In this document: piece by piece, positions 1-12,386 of the stretch | Layout of the letters: each line of letters starts with the position of its first letter | Position numbering within the stretch: the first letter of the stretch is position 1 | Source: Lophium mytilinum | Taxonomy: Eukaryota | NCBI GenBank assembly: GCA_010093605.1 | Contig: MU004197.1 | Coordinates: forward strand, 62,001-126,000 | Length of the DNA stretch: 64,000 nt | Direction: 5' to 3' | Notes under the pieces: generated by a model | Told to the model about the DNA's origin: nothing | The model's input: only the letters and a program-made list of their open reading frames with translations | Databases searched by the model: none | Position numbers and translations under genes: made by a program

Positions 1-567
1 TCTTCTCACATGTGGAAATCTTCAATCTCAGTTTTACTTTCGTTCGATTGCAGTTACCTAGATGGTCACGTGGCTATTGAGAGGCACGATGGACGCTTGG
101 TATAACTCCCTTCATGTTGCGCTCTGACCTTCTTACTCCCAGACTAGGTAAAATTGATTAGAGCCGGTCCTTGCCAAGCCCGGCTATCTTGGTGGGAACT
201 CTACCCAGTCCTCATCTCCCCTTATGAACACTAACTTACAGCATGATCGATCTCGTCGTGCAAAGGCCAATATAATTAAGTACTCTTCCTGTTCTAAGTT
301 TAGAGACTGCGGTAGGCATGCCCCTCCATCCTGATGAAACATGCTACCGCATATGGCATCACAGTCAAATCACGCGTGGCATTTCCAGTCGCCCTTTCAG
401 CGTTCACCAATATCCCCTTCAAATACTGTCTGTCACGCATCATGGTCTCAGAATCTATAGCCAGCATGGTCAAGATCTAATAATAAGCCCTAGACAATTG
501 TGCCGAGTCGCAGACAGATCCAGTATGCCACTACACTGGGAACTGCTGACGGTATTGCAAACACATT

Positions 568-804
568 TCAATCATCTCCACCGCCATCGTTGAAATCCGT
601 ATCAGAGGTATCCTCCCACCCGTCGCCTGCCTCCCACTCCTCGTCGGCATCCCAATTCTCCTCGACGTCCAACTCCTCGTCAGTCTCCCAATCCTCCTCG
701 ATCTCGTTCTCTAAGGCTTGGTGAACTGTCTTCCAGAAACCTCCAAGCTGCCAAGCCCGTGGCACTCTCGCCTCCTCGGAGTCTGTTTCGTCCAACTTGG
801 CCAC
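568..804 (-). other. Short acidic Trp-rich ORF or gene fragment resembling the C-terminal tail of the neighbouring pseudokinase gene
   Basis: RAWQLGGFW...EEDWETDEE...WEAGDGWEDTS aligns by eye with GAWQTDDFW...DEGWETVDSSDWETISS of the 1165-4605 protein. The ORF starts at GTG, with no ATG. Confidence 0.35.
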
Positions 805-1164
805 GTTCGCTTCGCCTCTATATCATTTAACCATCATATTATCATTTGTATCCCGCCGGCACTGGATTGCAGAGTAGACTAGGAAATGGCAGGCCTGATT
901 CAGGCTGGGTTAGTGACGTGTGGCACATGACGAGTACATGAACCCTGCCGTTTTGCGAACCATTATTTCGGTTCATGTGGGATTCACAGAGTCTCTGACT
1001 GTATTAAAGCAAGTTGGGGCAACAGTGGAAATATCATTAAAGTGAAATGAACTATGGCTCGTTTCGGATCAATGCTATCTTCGGACATTTACCCGCCTTC
1101 CTATCTAACCTCTGAGTGTTGAAAAGCTCACCGAGAGCTTTCAAGAAGCTCAATGTCGACCACG

Positions 1165-4100
1165 CTAATCCCTCACATACACTAGAACAGTCTTGTTGTT
1201 GTTTGCGCCCGACTTACCACCGTCCTCGATTGTAACTAAGACCACGTTCTGATGATCGAAGTGGGCCCCGTCGTCCGTACTCGAGATGGTTTCCCAGTCA
1301 CTTGAGTCAACCGTCTCCCACCCCTCGTCACTTTCTTCTGCGCAAGCTGGATCGACCCAGAAGTCATCCGTCTGCCATGCTCCTTCTTTCTGCTTTTTAG
1401 CCTCTGGCGCTGTGACGGTCTTCTCGGATGATGTTGGTGACTCCTGCTCTACAGCCCGGTCTCGTCCGTGATCTTTGTGCAAATTTTGCTTTGGAGGAGG
1501 CACAACCGGCTTGCGAATTGGGCGCGTTGATTCCAGCCAAGGTCCAATCCTGCTCACCGCCTGCTCGTGAAGCTGTTGTCTTAGCATCGCGTCTGTCTCC
1601 GGGGTTACCGATCGCGAACGATTAGAGAATGCTGAATTACAAGCTGTGCCGGTATTGGTAATAGATGGCGCGACGGGATACTTTCGCGCATTGAAGTTGT
1701 ACCACTGCGCGGGACGGTCGAGGTTATCGGGGATTATTGCCTCTTTGCTAAAGAAGTATGATTGAAGGCGGGTCTGGGTGACCGGTTTTAACTTCCCTTG
1801 AAATTGGAAAGTTACATTCCTGGAAATCCTGTCCAGCTCTGCCCACCGCAAGGATGTCTTTTTGGCGAGAATCATGGAGCGAGTTGAATCCACGATCGAG
1901 AAATCGGCCGCGTCCACGGTGCGATCTGATGGTTCCGCTGGCGTTCCAACGACCTCCAATTCCAGATCTTTCGCCAACTTGGGTAGCAGACCCAAGCTGA
2001 TATAGTGTCCGTCTAGTTCTGGGTCGCCTCTAACCTGCTGATAAGGAGGGTGGAATCCAGATTTCTTGCACCGCTCGTAAGGACCCCTAGCAGCCATACC
2101 TAGAAGCTGAGTTGCATTGAACATCCTGCTGGGTACGTGGTACCATAGCTTGAAGGTATTGTTGAGTTCAAAGAAATTGCCGGTTCTCTGATTCGAGAGA
2201 ATCTGAAAAGCATCGGCTAACTGTGAAGGCATATTGCCTAGACCAGCCAGATCTCTCGCTAAGGCCCGGAGATCTATACCGGAGCAAAACTCTGGGTTTC
2301 GCACCTTGTCGATGTAAGCCCTCGCCTTCGTTCGGAAAGTCCTGGTGCTCCACGTAGGCCACATTTGCGCGATGAACCCGAAAAATTTCCCAAGATCATG
2401 CATATCGACTAACACGTCCCTATCGGGTCCGTCCTTGGCATGGATTTTCCAAGACATGACGACGTCAAGAGTACGCCAGGGCTCGCTGCAATCGCCCTCG
2501 GACACACGGATTTGTCGAATAATCTCTTTTGCTGACCATTCCCAGTCGGGTTTGCCGAAGTCCCGAAAGATCGCATCGAGAATGGGGTGCCCAAAGGAAT
2601 AGGTCTCATCCACGTCTTCTAGGGGTTGTCGGTATGCGTAGCTATTTTCAACCGAGACTCCTCGGCAAAGCTCAGGCTTTGTTTCTCCCAAGTCCTCCTC
2701 GGCGGCTGCCATTGTTGCAGCCGATTCGGCTTTGTTGAGGAAATCGGCTACTTCAGGCATCTTGTCTGACATTTCATTGGTGACTTTGTTGTAGTACACC
2801 CGGCGACCGGAAGAGTGCATTGGCATGGACCAGGCCGCTGCAATATCTAAAGTTCGCTGATTTGCCTCTTTCTGTGCCTCTGTCTTGAACTTCTTCACGC
2901 GCTTCTTGGTGTTGTATACGGCCGTGCCAAGAATAGTGTCAGTGTGGCTCATAGGTTCATACCCCCCGGCTAGCTTATACTCGTTCCACTTCTTTTCCGC
3001 CTGTCTTAGCGCCGCCTGAGCCTGTTTTAGATACCATCCTGTGTCTGGATCCTTAGGATGATCGATTGCGTCACCGTCATCGGCAGCTTCTGGCTCGCCG
3101 TCGGTCTTGCGTTTCTTAGGTGGTTGCGTGTCACCGTCTCCCGGATTAGACCGTTTCACTGGCCCGGTATAGGGCAGGATGCCCTCGGTCTCTTGGAAAG
3201 ACGCAGCCACAAGAAGATCAGGGTACATCATGATCAGCCGCATAGCACGAACTGCCTCCTTGGTATCTTTGTAACATGCCTTCTCGAATGCTTTATCTGC
3301 GGTCGAATGCTTCTTGATCTTTGTCAAGCCGATCAAGAAGATCTTAGCACCGGATACCGTTAGGTGGTGGATGGCGATGTGTTTTGGCAGCAACTCTCCC
3401 ATTGTAACGTGCCTCGCGTGCAATTTTTCCAAGGCCGTCATAATGGCTCGGCAAAAGTGATTAGCCGCGAGTGTTCTGTCGTCTTGAGACCAGGCGTGGA
3501 AGTTCATCTTCAAGAGGTACTTGGAAAGCTCTGTCCATCGCTCCGGGGTGTTCGTCAAAATGACTCGGTATTTGCCAATGGTGCACTCGTCGAGTAACTT
3601 GAATATGGAAGGGTCATCCTACTTCAATTTAGCATCATCGTGTCATTTTGCCAGAATGGGGGAACTTACCGGCATATCCCAGCTTGCCATAGTCTTCATA
3701 ATTCGCTCACATTTATCGTCTTGTCCTGCTTCCAAGTCGTAGAACTTGCCTAGTAACCTCTTGCCATTGAACGGATGAATGACTACCAGAAAGTCCCCGT
3801 ATCCTCCCTTCTTGAGAACATAGCGCAAGCTATCCTCAACTTTGGCTTTCTCATCAGTTACTGTTTGTTCCGGCTTTTGAACCGCAACTGTAGGATCAAC
3901 TAGCGTTGCCGTCCCGTCCACGATCTGGAGTTTCTTCGCAAAGTACTCAGCCATGGTCGGAACGTCTTGAAAAGACTTGTGCGCGGCTAGCTCAGCATCG
4001 CGGACGGTCCAGATCTGAACTTTCAGTTCGTCTACCTCAACCTCATTGGCAGCTTCCGGGTTAAGATAGATCGAGCTGTGGAAAATTCCTCTCACGTGTC

Positions 4101-4605
4101 CCCCTCCAGCCCCGATTAGGTTGACGCCGTTGACAGAGAGCGCAGTCTCCGCTAGCGCCTGCAAGATCCAGAGGTTCTTGCCTTTGTCGGGTATGATCCT
4201 AAAAGCTTGTTTCGGCATGCTGTGGTAGCCTTCTGATGGACCAGGCAATTTCACATCCAAGCCACGCCCTTTTGCTGGCCTACCAGAGGCTTGCCGGCCG
4301 AACACGTAGTCGGGAAGATCCTTCCGGTGATGCAAGTAGATTACACCTGCTTCTTCTGATGAGTCGCGTACAGGATGCATATACATGTCTCCCACAGGAT
4401 TGACCACAGTCTTCCCAATGAGCTTTGTATTCACCTCTCCATCTGACCCAAACTCAGCCGCCGGAGCATGCTCAAGTCGAGTGACGTGGAATCCCTGATT
4501 CTGGTTTAGCTTGGCGGCCCTCTTGTTGTCCATTCGTACAATAACATTAGTAGGGCCGTAGAGCGCTCGGTGTTCCGGGAATGGACGACCCGGATCGGTC
4601 GCCAT
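1165..4605 (-). CDS. FHA-like + pseudokinase + WW-like + KilA-N/APSES-like protein, copy 1 (exons 4605-3670 and 3618-1165; ~1129 aa)
   Basis: A phase-0 intron at 3619-3669 (GTAAGT...GCTAAA...TAG) joins two long ORFs in frame. FHA-like YVFGR...WILQAL..TALSVNG. Kinase-like LEKLHARHVTMGELLPKHIAI lacks HRD and DFG. WW-like WSMPMHSSGRRVYYNKVT. KilA-N-like WYHVPSRMFNATQLLGMAA...QVRGDPELDGHYISL. Confidence 0.85.
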
Positions 4606-5509
4606 GACGGTAATGTGCCGGACTACTGATTTGGAGATTAGTGGTTCGTACAGAGAAAATCCGAATGATAGTAGACCCAGCTGAGAACAGAGTCTGGAAC
4701 ACAAAGCGTTCCTTAGTGGTGAAATTGAATTGGATGATGATAAATTGTTGGATGAAAAATAAGTAAAGAAGGCTTATACCCTGAGGTCGAGGGGAGCTGA
4801 AGGATGGGAAGCCTTACCTACTTTCTCCTATGAACGGCAGAGCACTGTTTGCATTGTATGATAATCTGCTGAGAATTTGTGGGGTTTCGGTAGGCTTTTG
4901 GTGTTGATGATGATGTGGGGGTGAGAATGAAGGTTTTGGTTGTTGAAAGGATTTATTTATGCACTGTTTTGTAAACGTTGCATTGAAGGAAAGGTGATTC
5001 GAAAAGATGAAACTGGCCCTCGCCGAGTCATTCAATGATATGACGGAGTGAATTGCCTGCTCGTGCAGTCGCTTTCTGGGTGCCATCATTCTAAGACTCC
5101 ACGACCCCGTCTTTGCTTTCTCTGTCTAGTCTGCCGAGTACAGGTTATATAAGGCTGCAAACTGGATCAACACCGTGCAAACATATGACTGAGAAGAACC
5201 TGTTCCCCTTACTAACATCGATTCATTCACTCCGATTCAGTAGTGCGCCTCATCAAACCCCGTGACCTTTATGACTTGGTCAGACTTAGATCTTTCGTCA
5301 GTTTTACACGGCCTTCAGACACATAACACCCACTCACCTACACACCACCACACAACCAACACCCACAAGCGATTATACGAGCACTCGCCTTACTCCAACC
5401 TCTGTTTCCCCTCCCCGACGGATCACACTACTACATTCTGTCATCTTCAGAAGCAGAACATCAATATTTTCTCTTTCGCCACAGCGTCACATCAGTCTTC
5501 TCGTCGACC

Positions 5510-6965
5510 ATGGTGGGCGTCGATCTTCCAAGGAAAGCTATGCGGCCGACCATATACGATCGAGCTGTAGCGAAGGCTGCTCCGCCTTCTGCAGCCGCTT
5601 CTCCCGGATCCGGGCCTTCAGCAGCCAGGCCCCCTGCGTCTATTACCCATGTAGCCAGCACCGCTCCCTCTACCGCGTCTATCATCAACTCTGTTCTGTC
5701 TAGTCCTCGTGAGACTAAGTCTTCGGCGTCGACGCCACCATCTTCTCAGGGCTCCGATCCCCACAGGACGCCTGCTGCGCAACCAAAACGAGCCAGAAAT
5801 CCTCCGCTGACCCTGGCTCAATACCTCGGACATGAGACTCCGCCAGCTAGCCTTGCTACCGATGATAGCGGAACGTCTTATGTCACCTACAAACCAACAA
5901 TAGAGGAAAGGGTGGCGAGATTGAACAGCGACGGACAACGCGAATTCCAGAAGAGACTCTGGGGAAGATACCCGCCGTTCTACCGGTTAGAAGATTTGTG
6001 AGTGCTATCTTTGGTGCTATAGTGAATAAGGAAAGTGCTGACAGAGAAATAGTCTACCAGAACAACGAGCAAGCCGCTCGACCATTCCGTCAGCGCCACC
6101 CAGCTTTACTAGCCAAGGTACCAAAAGAAGATCATCAGAGCTTGATGATGCTGCGGACGGTCTGGACCTCGATAGTGCAGAAGCTTCGACTGGTTCGACG
6201 GAAGACAGATTCGCGCTCGAAGAACGAAAAGGGACGGTCAAACCAGATGCGACTTTTCAAACCGAGGGATACCGAGATCACCAACCAGCGAAGAGGCCCA
6301 GATACGAAACGCCCACTTGCGCCGGTGGTGGTGCTCACATCACCATGATTAAGTCACCACCGGCAATTAGCAAAGATACCATGAGTTGCTCGAAAACATT
6401 CGAGGTCGGATATAGGAAGATCCGTAAGCCAAAGGCCATCAGCGATGATCGGCAAGCGAAATCAAAGGGAAGGGCGTCGAATGATGTCAACAACACAAAG
6501 AGCGGCGCTGCAGTAGTTGCATACAAGAACAGTCGCAAGCGAAACATCGATGATGTTGCAGGGCCGGCATTGGCGGGCGATAGTGATGTAAGACACTCGA
6601 AGAAGACCAAAGTTGGAAACAGTGATGGTGGACAAACGAACGACCTTCGGCACACCGACCCTCTTTTGGTCGGTCTGTTGAGAGGGGATGTGGTTGATCA
6701 TGGTTGCTTTGGGATGCACTATAGGACAGCTACGGCTTTCGATACTGATCGAGTCGAGTTAAGCTCCTGGGGGGAAGTGAAAGGAGATCCTTTTAACAAG
6801 GATCCTTCGGGCATGGGATTCGTAGGTACTGTTATGGGCCTCAAGATGGATGCAGATTGGTTAACAGAGATTGGGGTTTCTTTGAGGATGTTCACAGGGT
6901 CGAAAGCAAGGATTTCACAGCCTCGCAGGATCGGGACTCACAAGAGGGGTGTGCGACTAAAATGA
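5510..6965 (+). CDS. Disordered NLS-rich hypothetical protein, divergent partner of copy 1 (exons 5510-5997 and 6053-6965; ~466 aa)
   Basis: A phase-2 intron at 5998-6052 (GTGAGT...GCTGAC...TAG) joins ORF 5510 in frame to the ORF ending at 6965. Homologous to 12387-14181 (LAQY.G...PP, F/WY...D|LP..R.S, G.KR..SE, GYRD..P.KR.R). Confidence 0.8.
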
Positions 6966-7733
6966 CCGTATAAGCTTTATCTTTAAATTTTTTGAAAAAC
7001 GCTGTTGTCACTCGTTTGAGCTTGTTAGTTTTTCTTGCTGGATAGCGAATCATGGTTATGTAGCTCTTTAAAACGCGTATGTTACTACTTACGATCTCGA
7101 CTCGTTGGATCGTAATTGCATCTTCATCCTGGTATATTGTGCGATTTCGAGGATACCTTGAAGGGTTTCGACATAAAACAAGAATCTGCGACTTCATCCC
7201 AACAACAGCTCAGCTGAACCGAAATACCAAAGACACGTACTCTCCAGTAATCTTCACACGCCGCTTTTTGACACTTGCCAGATGGGTAGGGTGTGAAGCC
7301 TTCAAAATATGATGTCACATCAGTTATAGACTACTTTGAATGATCGAAACTGTCCATACAGCCCACACGACAAAGCTAGCAGACACGCTAAACCCATGTA
7401 TCGGAGCCTAGCCTAGGCTCATCATGGATGGAAATGAGTGGAAATATGCTTCCTAGTTTCAAGCAGTCCATGTAAGTTAAGAAAGTCGACAAAGGTTCAC
7501 GCCTCTTACGGCATTGCAATGAAAGGCGCAATCTGGCTGATCATGAACCAGTGGTTGTATATCCATTTGCCAACATCTAACGCTACCAGACCCTCTTATT
7601 ATAGATACCAGTCTCAAATATCACGACAGTGACCTATGTCTCTGCTTATTGTAGAATCGTACAACGCTACACTATATCTTCGCGATCAGAGTCAGATACA
7701 TGTTCCTTCTCTGTCTCCCAACCCCCTTCTTCA

Positions 7734-10700
7734 TCATCTTCCTTCGCAAACGGGCCCAGAGTCATCCGACTCTTCGCCTACCGGAACCGATTCTGGGTCG
7801 GTACCTGGGATTGCCACATCATAGGCCGTCGGTGAGGCCGTCATAGAATGGAAGTCATTTCCCGCAGCATGATCATGCCTAAAAAGGTGGAGTTCTTCAG
7901 AAACTGGAGTCGAATCATTGCCTACGTCTGAAAAGAAGGACGAGAAGTCAGAAGCCTCTATTTCCTGGCTCTCGTGCCCCAAATCTTTTTGAGTGTCAGA
8001 ATTTGTGTCCTCGCTGGGCTTGGGTACCACTGCCGCAAGATCGGGATCCCGAGTCTTCTCTTCGCGTACCATGTCGGCGTCTGGAAGAAGGCTGGGTCTT
8101 GTATGCTCGACGTGGTGGCTTCTGGGTAAGACATTTTCCACGTCAAAGTGGGGCATTGGGCCGTAGTCAGTCTCCTGACTACTTTGGTCAGGCTCCTCCT
8201 GAATTGAGGGCACTTTTTCTATTCCATCTTGGCTCGCTTTTGGTGTATCGTCCACAAATGTCTTGAGCCGGCTGTTTTCTAGCTGATCAGCGTCGGTGTT
8301 GCGGGCACTCTCATTTGAAGATGGGCCTGCATAGTTGTTCAGGTCCATTGAATAAGCGTCGTCGCAAACGCTACCTGCCATACTGGACGCCATAAACTCC
8401 TCCGACTTTGGCATTGGTACCTGTTTACGGAAGCTGTACCAAGATTTAGGTCTCCCACGGTCCGTCGGCACTTCATACTCGGGACCAAAGAAGTAAAGTA
8501 GGCGAAGCTTTTGAAGATCCCCATGGGTGCCTCTGAAATATGTCAAATTGTCCTTCCCATGCGAGTATCCAGGATACTCAACTTTGACCTTTTTTCGGTC
8601 TAGTGTTGCCCACTGTAGTGAGCTCCGCTTGGCAAGAATCTGATACTTCTTCGAGTCTACGCCCGAGAAATCGGCCGCGTCAACAGCCCGACGGGTTGCC
8701 TCTACCGGTGTTCCAACCACATGCACCTGCAATGCCCTAGAATATTTCTTGAGAAGATCCAGGCTAACATAAATTCCCTCGATCTCGTCTTCTCCAAGGA
8801 GCTCTTGGAATTCCGTGATATGCAATGATGGGTCCTTGCTAACACGCGCACGGATGGCTGGGTCTGCTAGACTAAGCAGGTTCGTTATGTTAAAGCTCCT
8901 ACTTGGTACGTGGTACCACAGGTTGAGTCCGCTCTTGATTACCAGCGCATCTATGCTTGGGGAGTTCTTGTCTCGCAGGATTTTGAAGAGCTCGGCCATT
9001 TTCGGGGGCAAGTTTTCCTTGTTAGCAAGATCGTTCGCGAAGGCTCTCACATGCCGACCTGCACAGAATCCAGCAATCCCAGGATCGTCTCGACCGTACG
9101 CTTTGAATATGGCCGCCACGATTGAGGCCCACGCCGGCCAGGTCTTCTGAACGTATCTTAAGAATCGCCGTAAGTCGGTGAGATCGAAGAGAACATCTTG
9201 TCCCGAGGCCATCTTTTTGACGCCTAACCGGAAATCCTTTGGCACGAGCAAAGCCCTGAAAGGGCAGTAGAAGTCGCCTTTTATCGTCCGAATCTCCTTG
9301 CATATAGCGATGATTGTAATGTTCCAAGAATCCGGATGGGAGCTCAATCGCGCCAATAGGTCGTCCAGAAATGGATGGCCGAGTGTGAACATCTCCTCGA
9401 TCCCCGACAGGAACTGATAGTACGCGATGCTGTTCTCGAGAATCATTTGAGTGGACGAGTTTTCTTCTTCGTCTATCGAACGATATACCCCCTTCTCCCC
9501 TGCTTGGGACTTCCTCTTCCCACTATTCAATGCTGGTTCATGCATAGGGATACCTTGAGATGGCACTTTCGATTCTTCAGGCTGCGTGATCTTACGCACC
9601 GGATGAGTCGAATAAGATGTCTTGGACATGGCATGACGGGAGAGGACTAACCCATCAGTCCCTTTCTCGCGGGTCCAGCCCCGCGGCAGCTTTAGCTGCA
9701 AATCTGCTAGTCGCTTGGCTTCTTGATTGACAGCTTTCCGGAGCCTATTTACTCGCTGGTCGGCATCGAATGCCTCCATACCAAGTAGGGTGTCTCGATA
9801 GCCAAGCGATTCATACCCTGGGTTTCCTCTGTAATCAACCCAAGCTGCTTTGGCCTGCTCGTAACCTTCGAGCGCTCTTTGAAGAGCTTCCTCGGCGGTC
9901 ATATTACTGCTGGGGGTCACACTCTTTCGTTCGTACGTACGATTCGACTGAGAATCCGGAGCTGTGCTTGGTGATTCGGAAGGTACGCGAAAGACTGGTC
10001 CCATGGAGCAACTTTCCTGTTCGTAGGAGGTTACAATGCCGAGATCTATCATAGACTTCGCAACATTAGTCATCTCAGTGAATAACATGACGGAACGGAT
10101 CAAACGCAAGCCCCACATTGCTTCTTTCCTTGACAGGTCCAAGAAGCGATGGTCTCCCGGCTGTATTATGCTGGCCTTGGAGAGATCGCGAAGCAATATT
10201 CTGGCAGTCGACGTGGTCAGGTGCGCTACGTGTATAGTACTCGCGTTGATGTTACCGTAGAGAACTCGCCTCTCGTGAAGAGTTTCTAGGGAGCTCGCGA
10301 GTTCTTTGAAGAGGCTAGCCGCCGCGGAGCATCGATCTTCCTTTCTCCACCTGTAGAAGTCGATCTTTTTGAGGTATTCCCGCAGAGGGATGTACTCCTC
10401 GCGACAGTCGGAGAGTAGAATTCGACATCGACCATACCTAGCTTCTAGGGGCAGATATTTGATGATCGAAGGATCTCCCTTTTTGAGTTAGCTTTGGGCC
10501 GTGCTTTGTCTTTACGTTGAGAATTAACTTACCGTCACAGATTCTGAGATCCTCCGCTCCAAGTCGGCTTGCTTGTCATCTCCTTTGCTAGTATCAAAGA
10601 AGGTACCAACATACTTGTCGCCAGTCAGCGGATTGATGACTTTGTAAGAACGAGTGGCAACAGGATGTTCTTTCAGGACATAGAGGTGCTGTAGCCCATT

Positions 10701-11417
10701 CTCGTTGTGCTCCCCAACTTCGGTCCTGCTATTGACTTCCTCTTTGTCATTCATGATGGTAGGTGTAGCGATGGTTGAATATATCCCAGCTTTTGTTTTA
10801 AACATGTCATCAAGTGCCATGTCGGGGAACGATTCAACTTTGTCCCCACACGCTGCCGCCTCACGAATTTGCCAAATCTCGAGCGTCAGCCCATCGACTT
10901 TGACTTTGTTGACATTCTCTGGGTCAATGTAAATTGACGATCGATTTCCCCCATTCTTAGCTGCGTAAAGTTCAAATTCATTGACCTTGATTTTGATATT
11001 CGATAGTGCTTGTAGAATGAAGAGGTTCTTCGCTTTGTCAGGGACCAGGCGAAAAGCCTTCCGAGGCATGTTTTTAAACCCGTGATTGGTGCCTGGTAGA
11101 ACGACGTCCATCAAGGAGTCTTTGTATGCCCGGTTATTTGTGTCGCGTCCGAAAGTATAGTCAGAATAACCGTCTTGTTCATGGAGGTAGATGAAGCCGC
11201 CTTCAACAATGAGGTCGTCGTCCGACGATCGCTCTTTGCCATTTACATTGTGGTCCTTTCGAGGACGTTTTGTTTGATGGTGACCGTACTCCTTGACATT
11301 ATAGTAGCGGTTTTGGTTGAGCACGATGGTAGAGTTGTGTTCAACTTTGATGATGAGGTTGATGGGGAGACCGTAATGCTCATCAGGGGGAGAGGGTCGG
11401 GTGGAGTAGAGGCTCAT
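7734..11417 (-). CDS. FHA-like + pseudokinase + WW-like + KilA-N/APSES-like protein, copy 2 (exons 11417-10533 and 10478-7734; ~1209 aa)
   Basis: Phase-0 intron at 10479-10532 (GTAAGT...GCTAAC...AAG). Exon 2 reads GDPSIIKYL...LETLHERRVLYGNINASTIHV. WW-like LPRGWTREKGTDG...STHP. KilA-N-like WYHVPSRSFNITNLL...GIYVSLDLL. Collinear with copy 1. Confidence 0.85.
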
Positions 11418-12386
11418 GATGTGACTATTGCCTCCACCCCAGTCGGTCGTAAGGCGATAATAGGATATAGTGAGGCTTTATACCTGTCCTAGTTCCCAAA
11501 ATACGTTGTCTTTCAGTATAGGAGGACTAGCGAATAAAACTGAGGGTGGTGATAGGACCGGTGGTAGGAGATAGATGGGTTGTGGAAAGTGAAGAAACAA
11601 GAGCTTGTAGAGAACCTATTTATCAATGTCCACAACTTAACGTGATGGTGAATGAAAGACCACCTGCGCTAATCCAGACGTGCAGATGCAGGGCAAAATG
11701 CGAGCAAGGGATAAGGAAGCAGTTGATGTTTGAAGTGAGAAGACGTCCCGAGAAACTCAGTCATGATGATAGAAAAGGGTCGTGGGTAATACCGAGAGTT
11801 AGAAGAGTGGATGTTGAATGATAGAAACGGTAGAAGGGAAAGAAGTGAATGCCCTGTGAAAAGGACTTACTAGCTTCGTAAAGCTTAACCAATTCTAAAA
11901 ATTCACCGACACCATGGGCCTCCTACTTAAGATGCTCGTCGCATGTAGATACGAGGGCATTTGAGGGCAATCAAGATGCACTATATCGTAGCTGAGGTTC
12001 CAATATATATCATGTCGAAAAGAAAGCACGCGAATATAGAAAACAGCATAAGCTAATCATTGCATAGGACACATTTGTATTGCCAGGGTCCACTTGGGGA
12101 ACTGAAAGGTGAACGATTGACGAGGGAGCAAAGGAAATAGTCCCGCCTGCCGCCTAATTCCTCAACACCAAGCTACAATGGCATTGAAGACCGCTCATTG
12201 CGAAGATGCCCCATTGTGAATTAGAGAGACAGATTCTTACTGCATCGGGCTTTCAAACTCAAGTGCCAGCTTAGCTTTCATTAACCTTGTGATCTAATTA
12301 GCCCGGGCCTGTCCCCCGATCGCAGTGTTCTGACTTTACACAAACACCCCACCACCGCTTCCATTACGGTTAACATATTCAAAGTC

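Noticed and set aside
535..7520. Weak repeat-core look-alikes at ~538-558 and ~7497-7520
   Set aside because: Matches are too short and lack the upstream ATTAGGCTAC block, so they could be chance.
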